Source of the DNA: Candidatus Nanohaloarchaea archaeon
Lineage (GTDB): Archaea; Nanohalarchaeota; Nanosalinia; Nanosalinales; Nanosalinaceae
Assembly (NCBI GenBank): GCA_014297435.1
Contig: JACOQA010000001.1
Span: 96,001 to 160,000, forward strand
Direction: 5' to 3'
DNA length: 64,000 bases
The stretch's first letter is position 1, and each line of letters starts with the position of its first letter. Positions 47,460 through 58,700 of this stretch are shown piece by piece. Position numbers and translations under genes: made by a program. The notes beneath the pieces were generated by a model that saw nothing but the letters and a program-made list of their open reading frames with translations, was not told the origin of the DNA and searched no databases.

Positions 47460-48935
47460 TTAGTAGTTCTTCGCGAAGTAAGCCCACGTAACCGCTTCCT
47501 CACCGCAGACAGCGCATTCCCCGCCCAACTCCTCTTCCTCTGAACGGATTCCTGAGGGCACAGAATCCTCCTGGAACGGAAGAACAACGATCTCCGCCGA
47601 TACTTGGTCCTTCACCTCGGCTTCACATTCCTCGTTGCCACACCAGCGACACTTGACATAGCCACGGTTCTTTCCAATAGTCCCGAGAATCTCGTTCTTA
47701 GACTCAGCCTCCCTGATGTTGTCATGAAGGTATTCTTCCAGTTCATCGTACATCGATTCCTGGATATCATCCATCAAGTCTTCCAGTTTATCGCTGATCT
47801 CGGATCTTTTGATACCCATCTGTTTCTCTCCGTTATCCCTTCTTACAGAGGTAACGGTCTCGTCCTCCATCTCGTTCGGACCGACTTCGAGTCTTACAGG
47901 AACTCCTTTCAGCTCCCAGTGGTTGAACTTGAAACCAGGGCTCTTCGAATCATCATCGTCCAGCTCCACGCGGAAGTTGTCTCCTAATTCTTCCTCTAAT
48001 CCTTCGGCGTACTCAAGCACTTCTTCCTTGTTTTCCTCCTGGTAGATCGGAACTATCACAACCTGTTTAGGTGCAATTCTAGGAGGTAGTCTTAGACCGT
48101 CGTTGTCTCCGTGCGCCATGATCAAAGCGCCAATAGTTCTCGTGGATAGACCCCAGCTTGTGGTGTAACAGACCTGTTCGTCCTCGTTTTCGTCCATGTA
48201 AGTGATATCGAACGCGTCAGCAAAGTGCTGGCCGAGCTGGTGGGAAGTACCTGACTGGATAGATTTGCCGTCAGGCATCAAGGTTTCGATAGTTGTAGTA
48301 TACTTTGCGCCAGGGAACTTGTCGTGCTCAGGCTTGTAACCAAGAATGCTTGGGATCGCTAACAGGTTCTCGATTACTTCCTCGTACTGTTCAAGTCTCA
48401 GCATCGTTTCCTCGTCCGCTCCCTCTTCTGTCTCGTGTGCGGTGTGGCCTTCCTGCCAGAGAAACTCTCTTGTTCTTAGGAAAGGTCTTGTATCGGTTGC
48501 CTCCCATCTTACAACGTTTGCCCACTGATTTAGACGCATAGGCAGGTCTCTGTGACTTCTAATCCAGTCAGACATGAAAGGTGCGATAATCGATTCGGAG
48601 GTAGGTCTTACAGCAAGCCTTTCCTCCAGCTCCTCGTTTCCTCCATGCGTAACCCATGCAACCTCAGGGTCGAAGCCTTCAACAATATCCTCTTCCTTCT
48701 CTAGGTAAGATTCAGGTATGAACAGTGGGAAGTAGGCGTTTCTGACGCCTGTTTCTTTAATTTTTTCATCAAACTCGGATTTTATAGACTCCCAGAGACT
48801 CATTCCCCACGGCTTAATCACCATGCAGCCCTTGACTGGTGCATAATCAGCTAGATCGGCTTTTTTCACAACTTCGGTGTACCATCCGTTAGGATCCTTC
48901 TGCTTGTCGGTCGTAATCCCGAGTTCTTGAGTCAT
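47460..48935 (-). CDS. proS: proline--tRNA ligase (archaeal/eukaryotic type)
   Basis: RPTSE, RWE...PFLRTREFLWQEGHT, TSWGLSTR, C-terminal Y. Confidence 0.97.
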   Translation of the reverse strand: MTQELGITTDKQKDPNGWYTEVVKKADLADYAPVKGCMVIKPWGMSLWESIKSEFDEKIKETGVRNAYFPLFIPESYLEKEEDIVEGFDPEVAWVTHGGNEELEERLAVRPTSESIIAPFMSDWIRSHRDLPMRLNQWANVVRWEATDTRPFLRTREFLWQEGHTAHETEEGADEETMLRLEQYEEVIENLLAIPSILGYKPEHDKFPGAKYTTTIETLMPDGKSIQSGTSHQLGQHFADAFDITYMDENEDEQVCYTTSWGLSTRTIGALIMAHGDNDGLRLPPRIAPKQVVIVPIYQEENKEEVLEYAEGLEEELGDNFRVELDDDDSKSPGFKFNHWELKGVPVRLEVGPNEMEDETVTSVRRDNGEKQMGIKRSEISDKLEDLMDDIQESMYDELEEYLHDNIREAESKNEILGTIGKNRGYVKCRWCGNEECEAEVKDQVSAEIVVLPFQEDSVPSGIRSEEEELGGECAVCGEEAVTWAYFAKNY

Positions 48936-49001
48936 ATAGATATTTTCAAGGGAAGAAGTCTTAACTTTGTTTCCAAGAAATAAGAAGAGAAAAATGTGGG
49001 C

Positions 49002-49448
49002 TTACTCGATAGGTTTGAATCTTCCCTTCAGCTCCGTTTCTTCGATAACTTTTCCTTCCATAGATTCCTCGAGTTCATCTCTTGAAGCCCCTTCGTTTAG
49101 GTCTAGTTCGGTGTCTAAGGCGTAGAGGCGGAAGTAGTAGGTGTGCTCGCCGTCAGGAGGGTTAGGCCCCCCATACCCTGTTTCTCGGAAGTCGGTGGTT
49201 CCTTCTGTTCCCGGCGCCTCGTTTTCACCGATCTTCGAAGTATTTGGGTCGATGTTCCAGAGTGTCCAGTGAAGCCAGATCTTCCCGGCGGGCTCCATCG
49301 CATCAGGATCATCCATTATCATTACGAGTGATTCTGCTTCTTCCGGAACCTCGCTTATCTTTAGTTCAGGGTTTACGTTTTCTCTGATATATGAGTGTCT
49401 TTCCGGTATCTCGCCGCTGTCCTCGAACGCTGGAGTGGTTAGTTTCAT
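49002..49448 (-). CDS. YbhB/YbcL (PEBP) family protein
   Basis: DDPDA, W.HW, GYGGP.PP, H.Y.F.LYALD. Confidence 0.93.
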   Translation of the reverse strand: MKLTTPAFEDSGEIPERHSYIRENVNPELKISEVPEEAESLVMIMDDPDAMEPAGKIWLHWTLWNIDPNTSKIGENEAPGTEGTTDFRETGYGGPNPPDGEHTYYFRLYALDTELDLNEGASRDELEESMEGKVIEETELKGRFKPIE

Positions 49449-49549
49449 ACTTCAATATTTAGAAGTCGGACTAAGTTAACCTTGTGGATTTTTTGATACC
49501 TTGAAGAGAAACCTAACATATTTTTAATCTCCACTAAACAACTTAAATT

Positions 49550-49999
49550 GTGTTCCTAGAGAAAGCTAGAGAAAAGATTGTTAGAATCGGGAAGAGATAT
49601 GTTAACCGTTCATTTGGTCTAGGGTTGGCTTTTGGAGTTATTCTTTCCTCTATGATTTTAGTTGCTGGACCAACAGTCCTTGAAGAGTCTAAGATTTCGG
49701 TTCCTGTAACCGTGGTAACATGTGACAATTGCAGTTATGGAAAGTTCCAGAACGCGACAGATAGAATGTTTAACGCAGATTACAACGAAGTAAATTACGA
49801 ATCTGAGAAAGGTCAGGAGCTTACACAGAAATATGAGCTAAACTACGTTCCGGCTTTTATCTTCGACAGAAAGGTGGAGAATGCGGAGGCTTTCAACCGT
49901 GTTAAGCCTACGTTAGTTGAGTTTGAGGATGCATATGTCATTCCTGATGCGGGTGTAAAGGTGGCTCAGAGGCTTTCAGAAGGCATTTCTTTAAAATGA
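49550..49999 (+). CDS. membrane-anchored CxxC thioredoxin-like protein
   Basis: One TM, CDNC, G.EL..KY.L..VP. Confidence 0.55.
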   Translation: MFLEKAREKIVRIGKRYVNRSFGLGLAFGVILSSMILVAGPTVLEESKISVPVTVVTCDNCSYGKFQNATDRMFNADYNEVNYESEKGQELTQKYELNYVPAFIFDRKVENAEAFNRVKPTLVEFEDAYVIPDAGVKVAQRLSEGISLK

Positions 50000-50051
50000 A
50001 GGTCTGGAAAGCGGTATGGATAAAAGCCTCGTGTTCTCCAAAGTGTTTTAG

Positions 50052-51218
50052 ATGAAGGTTTCTATAATAAGCGACACCCACTTCGGATTCAAGTGGGGCG
50101 AAGAAAGAGGAGAAGACCCTTTTGAAAACGCCAAAGAAGCTTTTGAACGCACAAAAGACTCTGACCTGATAATTTTGCCTGGAGACATATTTGACAAAAA
50201 GATACCGAAACAGGAAGTACTAGATAAAGCTTCTGAAGTTTTCACAATCGCGATGGAGGGCGATAGAACGGTTGAAGCTGACAGAGACTTAGGAATGCAT
50301 GGAGAAGGCATTCCTCTTGCATCAATACATGGAACACACGAAAGAAGACCCAGGAGCTATACTAATCCGATCGAATTGATGGCAAAGACCGGTCACTTGC
50401 ACCATATCGACAATGACTGCACCGTTTTTGAGAAAGACGGTGAGAAAGTTGCGGTACACGGCATGAGCGGTGTGCCCGAAAGGTATGCGCCTAAAGTTCT
50501 CGAAAAGTTCGATCCACAACCTAAAGAAGATGCTTTCAACATACTTGTAATCCATCAATCAGTAGAAGGATTTGTATACACGGATGACAATCACGAATAT
50601 CTTTCTCTAGAAGACTTTCCTGAAGGATTCGATCTTATCATAAACGGTCATATCCACTGGTACAACCTAGAACGTTTTCCGGGAGACAAACCATTTATCC
50701 TGCCAGGATCCACTGTTACAACCCAGATGAACAAAGTCGAAGCAGAGAAAGACAAAGGATTCCTAACACTAGATACAGAAGAGGAAGAGCTGGATTTTCA
50801 TTCGCTGGAAAATCCAAGGGACGTAGAGTATATCGAGATAGACGTAGATAACGATCCGTGGGAGGAAGTCAAACAGGAGGCTGTAGAGGAACTTGAAAAA
50901 CTGGCTTCACGCGAAAAGAAACCTCTCGTAAACCTCAAGATAAGAGGAGAGACTGAAGGAAGAGTTAACCCGAGAGAACTGAAGCAGATGTTTCGTGACA
51001 GAATGTTCCTGAACGTCAACTCATCTATAGACACTTCGGGCGTTGGAGAGAAAGCTAGTATACAGGAAAGAACTGATCCGTGGCAGAAAGGAAAAAAGAT
51101 ACTTTCAGAAAAGATTGACTCAGAACTTGAGATCGAACAGGACGAGTTCCTACAGTTATTGACTGATGGGAAGCCGGATGAGGCAGAGTCTGTCCTCAAG
51201 GAGGCGGTAGACGAATGA
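50052..51218 (+). CDS. mre11: DNA double-strand break repair nuclease Mre11
   Basis: SDTHFG, GDIFD, GTHE, HQ, GHIH, PGS; overlaps rad50. Confidence 0.93.
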   Translation: MKVSIISDTHFGFKWGEERGEDPFENAKEAFERTKDSDLIILPGDIFDKKIPKQEVLDKASEVFTIAMEGDRTVEADRDLGMHGEGIPLASIHGTHERRPRSYTNPIELMAKTGHLHHIDNDCTVFEKDGEKVAVHGMSGVPERYAPKVLEKFDPQPKEDAFNILVIHQSVEGFVYTDDNHEYLSLEDFPEGFDLIINGHIHWYNLERFPGDKPFILPGSTVTTQMNKVEAEKDKGFLTLDTEEEELDFHSLENPRDVEYIEIDVDNDPWEEVKQEAVEELEKLASREKKPLVNLKIRGETEGRVNPRELKQMFRDRMFLNVNSSIDTSGVGEKASIQERTDPWQKGKKILSEKIDSELEIEQDEFLQLLTDGKPDEAESVLKEAVDE

Positions 51219-53473
51219 TTCAAAGGGTGGAAATGAAGAACTGGAAGTCTCACCATGAAACCGTTCTGGAGTTCGATCCCGGAGTAAACGCATTAATCGG
51301 GACGATGGGCTCCGGAAAATCGAGTGCGATGGAAGCAGTGGTATTTGCACTTTACGGCACAACACCGTCCCACAATTCCCGTCAAGTCACCTTAGATGAT
51401 TTGATTAGGAGGAATCCTTCAGAGGCAGCAGAAGCATCGGTCGAGGTAGAGTTTGAGCTAGGTGAAGATGTTTACACAGTTAAGAGAGAGCTGAAACGCG
51501 GTAAAGGAACGGAGAGAAGCGAGTTGCGTAAAGAAGGAGAACTTATTGAAGCACCTTCTACGCGTGAAGTAACTGAACAGGTAGAGAAGCTTCTCGGTCT
51601 TGACTTCAAAGCTTTTACCAGGGCGATTTACTCAGAGCAGAACAACTTGGATCTTTTCCTAAATATGAGACCAGGTCAGAGAAAGAAAAGAATCGATGAA
51701 CTTCTGAAGATCGACAGGTTCGAAACAGCCAGAAAAAACACGGTAAAGGTAGAGAATAACTTGAAGAAAGAGCTTGAAGCCAAGCAAGAGGAACTATCTG
51801 AGTTAGAAGACGAGATTGATGAAGAAGCACTTGAAGAACTAGAAGAAGAAGTTGAAGAAAAGAAGGAAGAGGTTGAGGATCTAGATGAAGGGCTTGGAAA
51901 GCTGGATGAGAAGATAGAGAACAGAGAGGAAGTGATCGAAGACTTAAAGCAGAAGAAGGAGAAGTTTGAGAAACTGGAGAAGAGAAAGACCAAGCTCGAA
52001 TCGAAGAAGGAGACGCTAGAAGAAAGACTTGAGAAGATAAAGGAGAAGCTTTCTGGCTACGAAAAACCTGAGAAACAGCTTAAAAAAGCTAGAGAGAGGA
52101 AAGAAGAACTCGAAAATATAAAAGAGAAAGTATCCGATCTTGAGAAAGACAGAGAGTTTGTGGAGAAAAAGATGGAAGAACTTGGAGAAGAGATAGAAGG
52201 TCTTGAGGAAGAGGTCAGTGAATACGAGAGGATGGAGGTAGTCGAGGAAAAACTTGAAACTCTGGAGAAAAAACTCGAGAAGATAAAGAAGAAAGGCAAC
52301 ACTAAGTACGCGGAGAGACAGACCCTAGAAGACTCCTTGGAGGACTTGAAAGATGCTGACGGCGAATGCCCTACCTGCGGCAGAGAGATGGATGAAGACC
52401 ATAGAGAAAAAGTTTTCAACGAGAGAAAAGAAAAGATCGCTAAGCTGAAAAAGCAAGAAAAACAGCTGAAAAAGAAGCTTGAAAAGAAAGATGAGAAGAG
52501 ACAGAAACTCCAAGAGAAAAAAGAAGAATTACTTGAATACAAATCCTCGGAAGAGAAACTTGAGAAGAAAACTGAAGAACTCGAAGAAAAACAGGAAAGT
52601 GCCAAAGAGATAGAAGAAAAGCTTGAGGAACTGGAGTTCGATGAAGAAGAACTTGAAAAACTGGAGGAAGAAATAGAAGAACTCGAATCGGTCGAGAAAA
52701 GAAGCGATTTGGAGAAAAAAGCCGAGCATCTTGACGAAAAGATCGAAGAGTCTTCGGAAGAACTTGAGGAGCTAGAATTCGATGAGGACGAATTGGAAAA
52801 GAAGAGAGAAAGGCTGTCAGAAATCAAGGAATCCAGAGCTGAGAAAAAGCAGAAGCTGAAGTCCGAGAAAGAACTTGTCGAAGAAAAGGAAAAACGTCTG
52901 GAACAGATGGAGAAACAGGTCGAAAAGAAGCAAGAACTTGAACAAAAGGTTTCCAGGCTTGACTCGGGTCTTGACTACATTCATGATTACAAGTCCGGGT
53001 TGGAGGAGACACAGGTATCGTTGAGACAGGTTTTCGTGGAGGAACTGAATGATCTGATGGATGAGATATGGAACTCTATCTATCCTTATGATGACTACTA
53101 TTCTTTGAGGTTGAACGCGGAGGAAGATTATGCTGTGGAAGTATTAGACTCTGAAAACTCATGGGTGAACGTTGAGGCAGAAGTATCGGGTGGAGAAAGG
53201 CACTCCGCGGCTTTAGTAATGCGTTTAGCGTTGAGTTATGCGCTTTCACCTAGGCTTCAGGTTTTGATGCTTGATGAGCCTACCCACAACATGGATTCTT
53301 CTGCGGTTGAGGAACTTGCTGAAACACTTCGGAAGAACTCTTCTGACCTAATGGATCAGCTTTTCCTTGTCACGCATGACCCGTCTCTAGAGTCGGCGGC
53401 GACCGGAAAGCTTTATCAGTTCGAGAAGAAAAATACGGAGAACGGATTAACGAAGGTAGAGGAAGTAAAGTAA
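51215..53473 (+). CDS. rad50: Rad50 SMC-like ATPase
   Basis: G.MGSGKS, zinc hook CPTCG, SGGE, LDEPT, VTHD. Confidence 0.96.
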   Translation: MIQRVEMKNWKSHHETVLEFDPGVNALIGTMGSGKSSAMEAVVFALYGTTPSHNSRQVTLDDLIRRNPSEAAEASVEVEFELGEDVYTVKRELKRGKGTERSELRKEGELIEAPSTREVTEQVEKLLGLDFKAFTRAIYSEQNNLDLFLNMRPGQRKKRIDELLKIDRFETARKNTVKVENNLKKELEAKQEELSELEDEIDEEALEELEEEVEEKKEEVEDLDEGLGKLDEKIENREEVIEDLKQKKEKFEKLEKRKTKLESKKETLEERLEKIKEKLSGYEKPEKQLKKARERKEELENIKEKVSDLEKDREFVEKKMEELGEEIEGLEEEVSEYERMEVVEEKLETLEKKLEKIKKKGNTKYAERQTLEDSLEDLKDADGECPTCGREMDEDHREKVFNERKEKIAKLKKQEKQLKKKLEKKDEKRQKLQEKKEELLEYKSSEEKLEKKTEELEEKQESAKEIEEKLEELEFDEEELEKLEEEIEELESVEKRSDLEKKAEHLDEKIEESSEELEELEFDEDELEKKRERLSEIKESRAEKKQKLKSEKELVEEKEKRLEQMEKQVEKKQELEQKVSRLDSGLDYIHDYKSGLEETQVSLRQVFVEELNDLMDEIWNSIYPYDDYYSLRLNAEEDYAVEVLDSENSWVNVEAEVSGGERHSAALVMRLALSYALSPRLQVLMLDEPTHNMDSSAVEELAETLRKNSSDLMDQLFLVTHDPSLESAATGKLYQFEKKNTENGLTKVEEVK

Positions 53474-53513
53474 GCCCCTCGGTTTAAATTCTCCTTTAAT
53501 TTAAACTTAAAAC

Positions 53514-54284
53514 ATGTCTCTAGAGCAACCGAAAGGACAATCTAATAACACGACTGCGCCCAGAGATCCGCCAGAAGAGGCTTCCTGGGAAAAGGTAGGT
53601 GACCTATTAACAGAGGTTTTGGAGGAGTCAGAGCAACTTGTATCGGAGACGGAGAACTTCTTTGAACTGCTTGAAAGAACGGAAAACGGTTTCTTAGAGG
53701 ACTTGAAACGGAAAGTAGGTATCAAAAAGAAAGTGGAAGACCTGAAGGCTTTTGAGGGAGAGGTCGAAGAACAGGAAGAAATCCTTTATCACTATCTTGG
53801 AACTTTCCAGTCGGCGATCCAGAAAACTCGAAAATCACTTTACCTGACTAGTCGGCATAAAGTTTCAGGAAGAAACGGTCTTGACTATTTAGTTGAACAG
53901 CACTATGATGACGTTGAGACTTTTGTCGAGTCGGATCCGGACGATATACTTTACCATGCTTCTGTAAACTCGAGCTATAACCAGGCGGCTAGAGGTTACG
54001 AGTTTGATCCGCGTATAGAAGCTGCAGCTGATGTACTGGTGATGGTTGATGATGTGGAGTCAAAAGTTGAAAGGGTTGAAGGATCCCTAAAGCAACTTGT
54101 TGAAAATATTAAGTCAGAGATAGAGGAGAAAGATTCTAGAGATAACGTAGACCACATTTTAGGTGTTTTAGTTGAGAAATCCAGAAAGTATGAGGAACTG
54201 GAGAGAATGGACTCCGACTTAAGGAGAGCTGTTAATCTGGCTGAGAGAAAGATGGGGAAGAAGCCTTTGAATCATATCACATGA
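53514..54284 (+). CDS. hypothetical helical protein
   Basis: Acidic ORF with own TATA-like box; no NurA motifs recognised. Confidence 0.65.
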   Translation: MSLEQPKGQSNNTTAPRDPPEEASWEKVGDLLTEVLEESEQLVSETENFFELLERTENGFLEDLKRKVGIKKKVEDLKAFEGEVEEQEEILYHYLGTFQSAIQKTRKSLYLTSRHKVSGRNGLDYLVEQHYDDVETFVESDPDDILYHASVNSSYNQAARGYEFDPRIEAAADVLVMVDDVESKVERVEGSLKQLVENIKSEIEEKDSRDNVDHILGVLVEKSRKYEELERMDSDLRRAVNLAERKMGKKPLNHIT

Positions 54285-55728
54285 ACGCTTCGGCATCGTC
54301 ACTTTTCTGCTCTTCCTCTTCCCGCCACTCTTCTAAAGCGTGTTCGAGTCCTTCACCGGAACTAGACTCCTTTGACTTCCTTGTTCTTACATCGATAAAT
54401 GTAGGGTAGTTAACGGCTTCTCCTATAACTATTCCCTCTCCAGTTTTTAGACCGGGTATCTGGGCTTTAACTTCTGATGTTATCCCTTCGCTAGACTGGG
54501 CGATATGCTCCAGGTCGTTGGGGTTCGTAACTCTTAGAATAAACTGTGTGTTGCACTGTGAGAGAGCTGTTGTCGAAAGTTTTACTGGTCTCTGTGATAT
54601 AAGCCCGAGCGAGCAGTGGAACTTTCTTCCTTCTCTTGCGATCTTCTCAATAATACTTCTTGAGGGGGAGGGAGCGGAGTTCTGTGCGAAGTTATGCGCT
54701 TCCTCGAAAAGCATTAATACTGGTGGAATGTTGCCCTGCCTTCTCTTCTTAAAGAACTGGTTTGTAAAGAATGCTGCGATAATCTGCTTCTTCTGATGGT
54801 CGATCGTTTCACTTAGGTCGATTATGTTGAGTTTGCCTGGCTCTACGTCTTTCTTGCTTGGCGAGTTCGATCTTCCGAAAATATTCATTCCCTGAAGCTT
54901 TCTCAGCTTTCTCATTAAAGCATATTTTACTTTGTCGTTCATCTCCTTTCTTTCAAGTCTATTTTCTACATCTTCCAGGTTGAAGTCTTTGTTTTCACCT
55001 CTCTGAAGGTTTCTTAGTACTTCGTTCAGTTCTTCTCTCTGTGGACCGCTCATTCCGTTGAAGAAGCCGGCGATCTGATCTGCACTAAGATCTTTTACAG
55101 CGATCGAAATATTCTGGTCTCTGAAGACCTTGGTTCTGTCCATGTAGTTCTCGTCTTCCGCAAAACAGGTGTAGTCTCCGTGTGGATCGACAGCTACGAT
55201 TGCTGGAGATTTTTGTCTGTCGAGAAGTTCTTCTAACATTACTGAGGTCGAGTATGATTTCCCGGCTCCGGACTGTGCGAGCACAGCGAAGTGTTTCTGA
55301 AGTGTGTCGGTCATGTCGAAGCTTGCCGCCAAGTTTTGTTGCTGCACCTCTCCAAGCTCTAGACCATTTTCATCGAGACCTAGAAATTCTCTTACAAGTT
55401 CTGACTTTGCTTTCTTTACACTGGTTCCGGGTCTAGGCGACTTGGTGACCCGTCTGATCATGTCTTCTTTGAACTTTCCCATGATAGAGACCTTTGCAAT
55501 AGAAACCTCCCAGTCATCCACAGGAAACTTCTGCCTTACGTCCATCTCGGACACGCTCTCCGCGTCTTCGAAGTATTCGTTTGCCTTGTAGACCTCTGCG
55601 ATCCTTCCTATAACAGTTCCATCGTTTTGAAGCTGGACAAAACCTCCCTTACCTATGTCCAGTTCTTCGTGGACCATGAAGAACTCTCTGCTTGTAGGTG
55701 TATCGCCGCGCTGTATAACCGTCGCCAT
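54277..55728 (-). CDS. herA: HerA-family helicase/ATPase
   Basis: HAS-barrel-like N-terminus, HFAVLA.SGAGKS, DPHG.Y, EEAH.F, IAREGRK, SQRP. Confidence 0.92.
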   Translation of the reverse strand: MATVIQRGDTPTSREFFMVHEELDIGKGGFVQLQNDGTVIGRIAEVYKANEYFEDAESVSEMDVRQKFPVDDWEVSIAKVSIMGKFKEDMIRRVTKSPRPGTSVKKAKSELVREFLGLDENGLELGEVQQQNLAASFDMTDTLQKHFAVLAQSGAGKSYSTSVMLEELLDRQKSPAIVAVDPHGDYTCFAEDENYMDRTKVFRDQNISIAVKDLSADQIAGFFNGMSGPQREELNEVLRNLQRGENKDFNLEDVENRLERKEMNDKVKYALMRKLRKLQGMNIFGRSNSPSKKDVEPGKLNIIDLSETIDHQKKQIIAAFFTNQFFKKRRQGNIPPVLMLFEEAHNFAQNSAPSPSRSIIEKIAREGRKFHCSLGLISQRPVKLSTTALSQCNTQFILRVTNPNDLEHIAQSSEGITSEVKAQIPGLKTGEGIVIGEAVNYPTFIDVRTRKSKESSSGEGLEHALEEWREEEEQKSDDAEAFM

Positions 55729-55753
55729 ACCCTATAGTTGGACGAGAACGGTT

Positions 55754-58700
55754 TTAACTCTGGAGGAAGAAGAACACAGAACTTATCATCGTAATTATTG
55801 CTAGCTGGACAGCGGTAATTCCGGGAACGTTCTCCGGCTCTCCCTGTCTAGGTCCGTCTCTCGAGCCTGTATCGGAAACTGTTACCGTGATGTTGTCTCT
55901 TCCGTAGAAGTTGGTGTTCACACCTTCAGCTTCTATCTCAACATTGTCCATGTCCTCTTCTAGGTCGCCATCGATATCTGTTGAACCGCCCGTCACCTCT
56001 ATACTGAACTGTTTAGAGGATCTTGCAGGAATGGTGGTCTGGAAGCTCTGGGAGTCGCTGTTCGCGAACCTGGTGAACTGGAATGCGCTTACACCGTCAA
56101 AGTTCTCTACTAGTGAGACGTCGAACTCTGTTGGTTCATCTCTGACATTGATAACCTGGAATGATGCTGTAGACTTCTCTCCGCTTGGTACCTGTAAAGT
56201 GTTTTCCATTATGTTCAATGGGTAATCTCTGTGCCAAAAGCCGTTGAAACAAGTCATACTTACTGATTCCTGTCCCAAGTCGACACTCACTTCGTCTCCT
56301 GGCGCGAACAGCTGTCTGTTCCTTAATTCATCGTTCGGAATGCTTGTATCATAGTCCATGGTTGATTCGTCGAGGATACAGCTTTCCGGATTTCTTGCAA
56401 CACCGATAACATCTCTTCTTGTTTCACAGAGATTGTTGGCGCATTGTTGTGTTACAAGATATTCGCCTTCATCGTCTCCGCCGCAAAACCCTAGAGTTGC
56501 GATCGTCTGATTGTTGGATGTCGCTGATACTTCTCTAGAACCTGAAGGAACCGGGGACTGAGTGTTGAAGTTCCAGTCTCCTGAAACATTAGTTTCTAGT
56601 CCTGTATTGCCGTTCGTAAGACCAGAGAACATGTTTGCTCCTTGATCTTGTATCAACTGGTTCCAGTCATCATCAATACCGCCCCTGACAGAAGTTGGGT
56701 GATCTTTGATATAATCTGCGTCAAACCATCTTACACCGATAGATCCGTATAGGGAGTTGGTATCACACGTCTCCTGTGCGCCGTCACCATCGAGATCCCC
56801 ATAGTCTTGGTCATACCACACGGATTGCCCGTCAACACTTTGAGCACAGTACTCCCTGTCGTTCTTTAATCTTCCTATATTCTCGTCCCACTCATCGGTC
56901 TGTTGGTAACTTCCTCTCTCGAAAAGCTTAGAATCTGAGGCGCTGAAGTCAACACAGTTCGTTCTAGTATTTGTGCATGCGTACTGTCCGTCAAATCTTG
57001 CAGGTAGATGTGATTCTCCCATCTCCTCCACAAGGAACTCTTTCCTATCATCTCCGCACATAGGAGGTTCGAGCTGTGTAACAGTTTCTCCAACATTATA
57101 ATCAGGGAATTCTGGGCTTCTCGCTCCTCTCCAGTTTCTTCCATCATTTTGTGCGTCACCCATTACGTTTCCGTCCTCTCCTTCATCTGTCATTCCATCG
57201 TTATCATTGTTCTCATTGTCTAGCTCTCCTTCCCAGTAGATATCCGTTCTTACAAGGCTGTTGGATTCTCCTCTGAACTTTGAGCCGGAAGGGTTTTGAG
57301 TGCCAATGTCGTACCCGAGTCCTGAATCGGGTCCTGTAAGATCTATTCCAAATCTTAGTGATTGCCACCAGGAATTATCGTCATGAGTTAGTTTCACGCG
57401 GTTTTCCATTTCAAGCTCTCTCATCCGGTCAGGGTCTATCCAGACACCATCATTGGTTTTAATTTGGTTTCCATTGTCATCTTCAGTTCCGTCGATTTTT
57501 GATTTAGCTACTGCAGCCCATGAGTTTCCATGAACCTTTGATGCTTTCATAACGCTGTCTGAGTCGTAGTCAGACCGATCACTTCCTTCTCCGCCACCCC
57601 ATGTGTATGTTCCATATGGCGGGAACGGAAGTCCTGTGGATGATATAACCCATTCGGGGCTTGGTGTATAGGCCCATCTATCTACTTGTTCGTTTCCAAG
57701 GGATGACTTCCATCCGTTTTCTGCTTCTGGAGGCCATCCACCGCTTTCCATCATGTTAAAAGTTGATGTGTCCATTTCTGGTTCAAATTGGTCGGATAAG
57801 TCCTGCATTTTGTTATGGAATCCTCTATAGCCTTCAAGAGCTGTTTGTGCCTTTGATGTATCCCCTTCAGGATTGTAGTCGTCATCTCTTCTTCTATCGT
57901 AAGGCTGTGCATCTTCTCCTTGCCTAATTTTTCCAAAGAATCCGTAAAATGTTCCTGTTCGGGCGTCACTTCCGTCAGTTGTCGAGGTTCCGAGAACTGC
58001 TTCCTGATCATCGCAGCCCCATAAAGTATCGGCCTGAAGTGGACCGTTCCGACCTATGAAATCGGAGTTACCACAATCATCTTCTAATGCAATACCAGTG
58101 TTTCCGCCTTGTGGATTGTACTTAGGATGCTGTCTGTCAGGATTCTCTCTCCAGTAATAGCCTATCCTGTGTTCGTCGGATGTATCGGAGTCATATCCGG
58201 GTATGTCCGATGTAGTGATGTCGCCTGAGTTTATGGCTTTTTGTGCAAGACTGGAGTCAAGATCGTACCACTCTCCTCCGTTATCAGTATTGTCTTTATT
58301 ATCGCCTATGTTGTCTCCGGCCATAGAGTCAACTTCTTCGTTATCATTGTATTCTTCAATGTCGAGGCAAACTTCGTAATCTGCAGATTTCTCTCCTTTC
58401 TCGTATCTTCGGTCATTAGGGTTAATATCTTTGACTGTTCCTTCTGGAACTGTTTTACCTTTAAGGACACATGCATCTCTGTCGTTTAGAGGGTCAACAG
58501 GAGTCTCTGTATCAACGCAGGACTGGAAATGCCCTGTATTTTCTGAGAACTTTGAATCATCGACTTCAGGACCTTCTTTGTAAATCGGGTATTCTCCGGG
58601 TTCATCTCCCCATACGCGTCCACATCCGTTATCTCCAGGTTCTAGGATTGTGCTGGATCCGGTGTTTCCGTCATCGTCTCGGTCTACGGAGCATTCAATT

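Noticed and set aside
52057-52827. 256-aa poly-Ser/Phe minus-strand ORF
   Set aside because: Antisense of the E/K-rich Rad50 coiled coil
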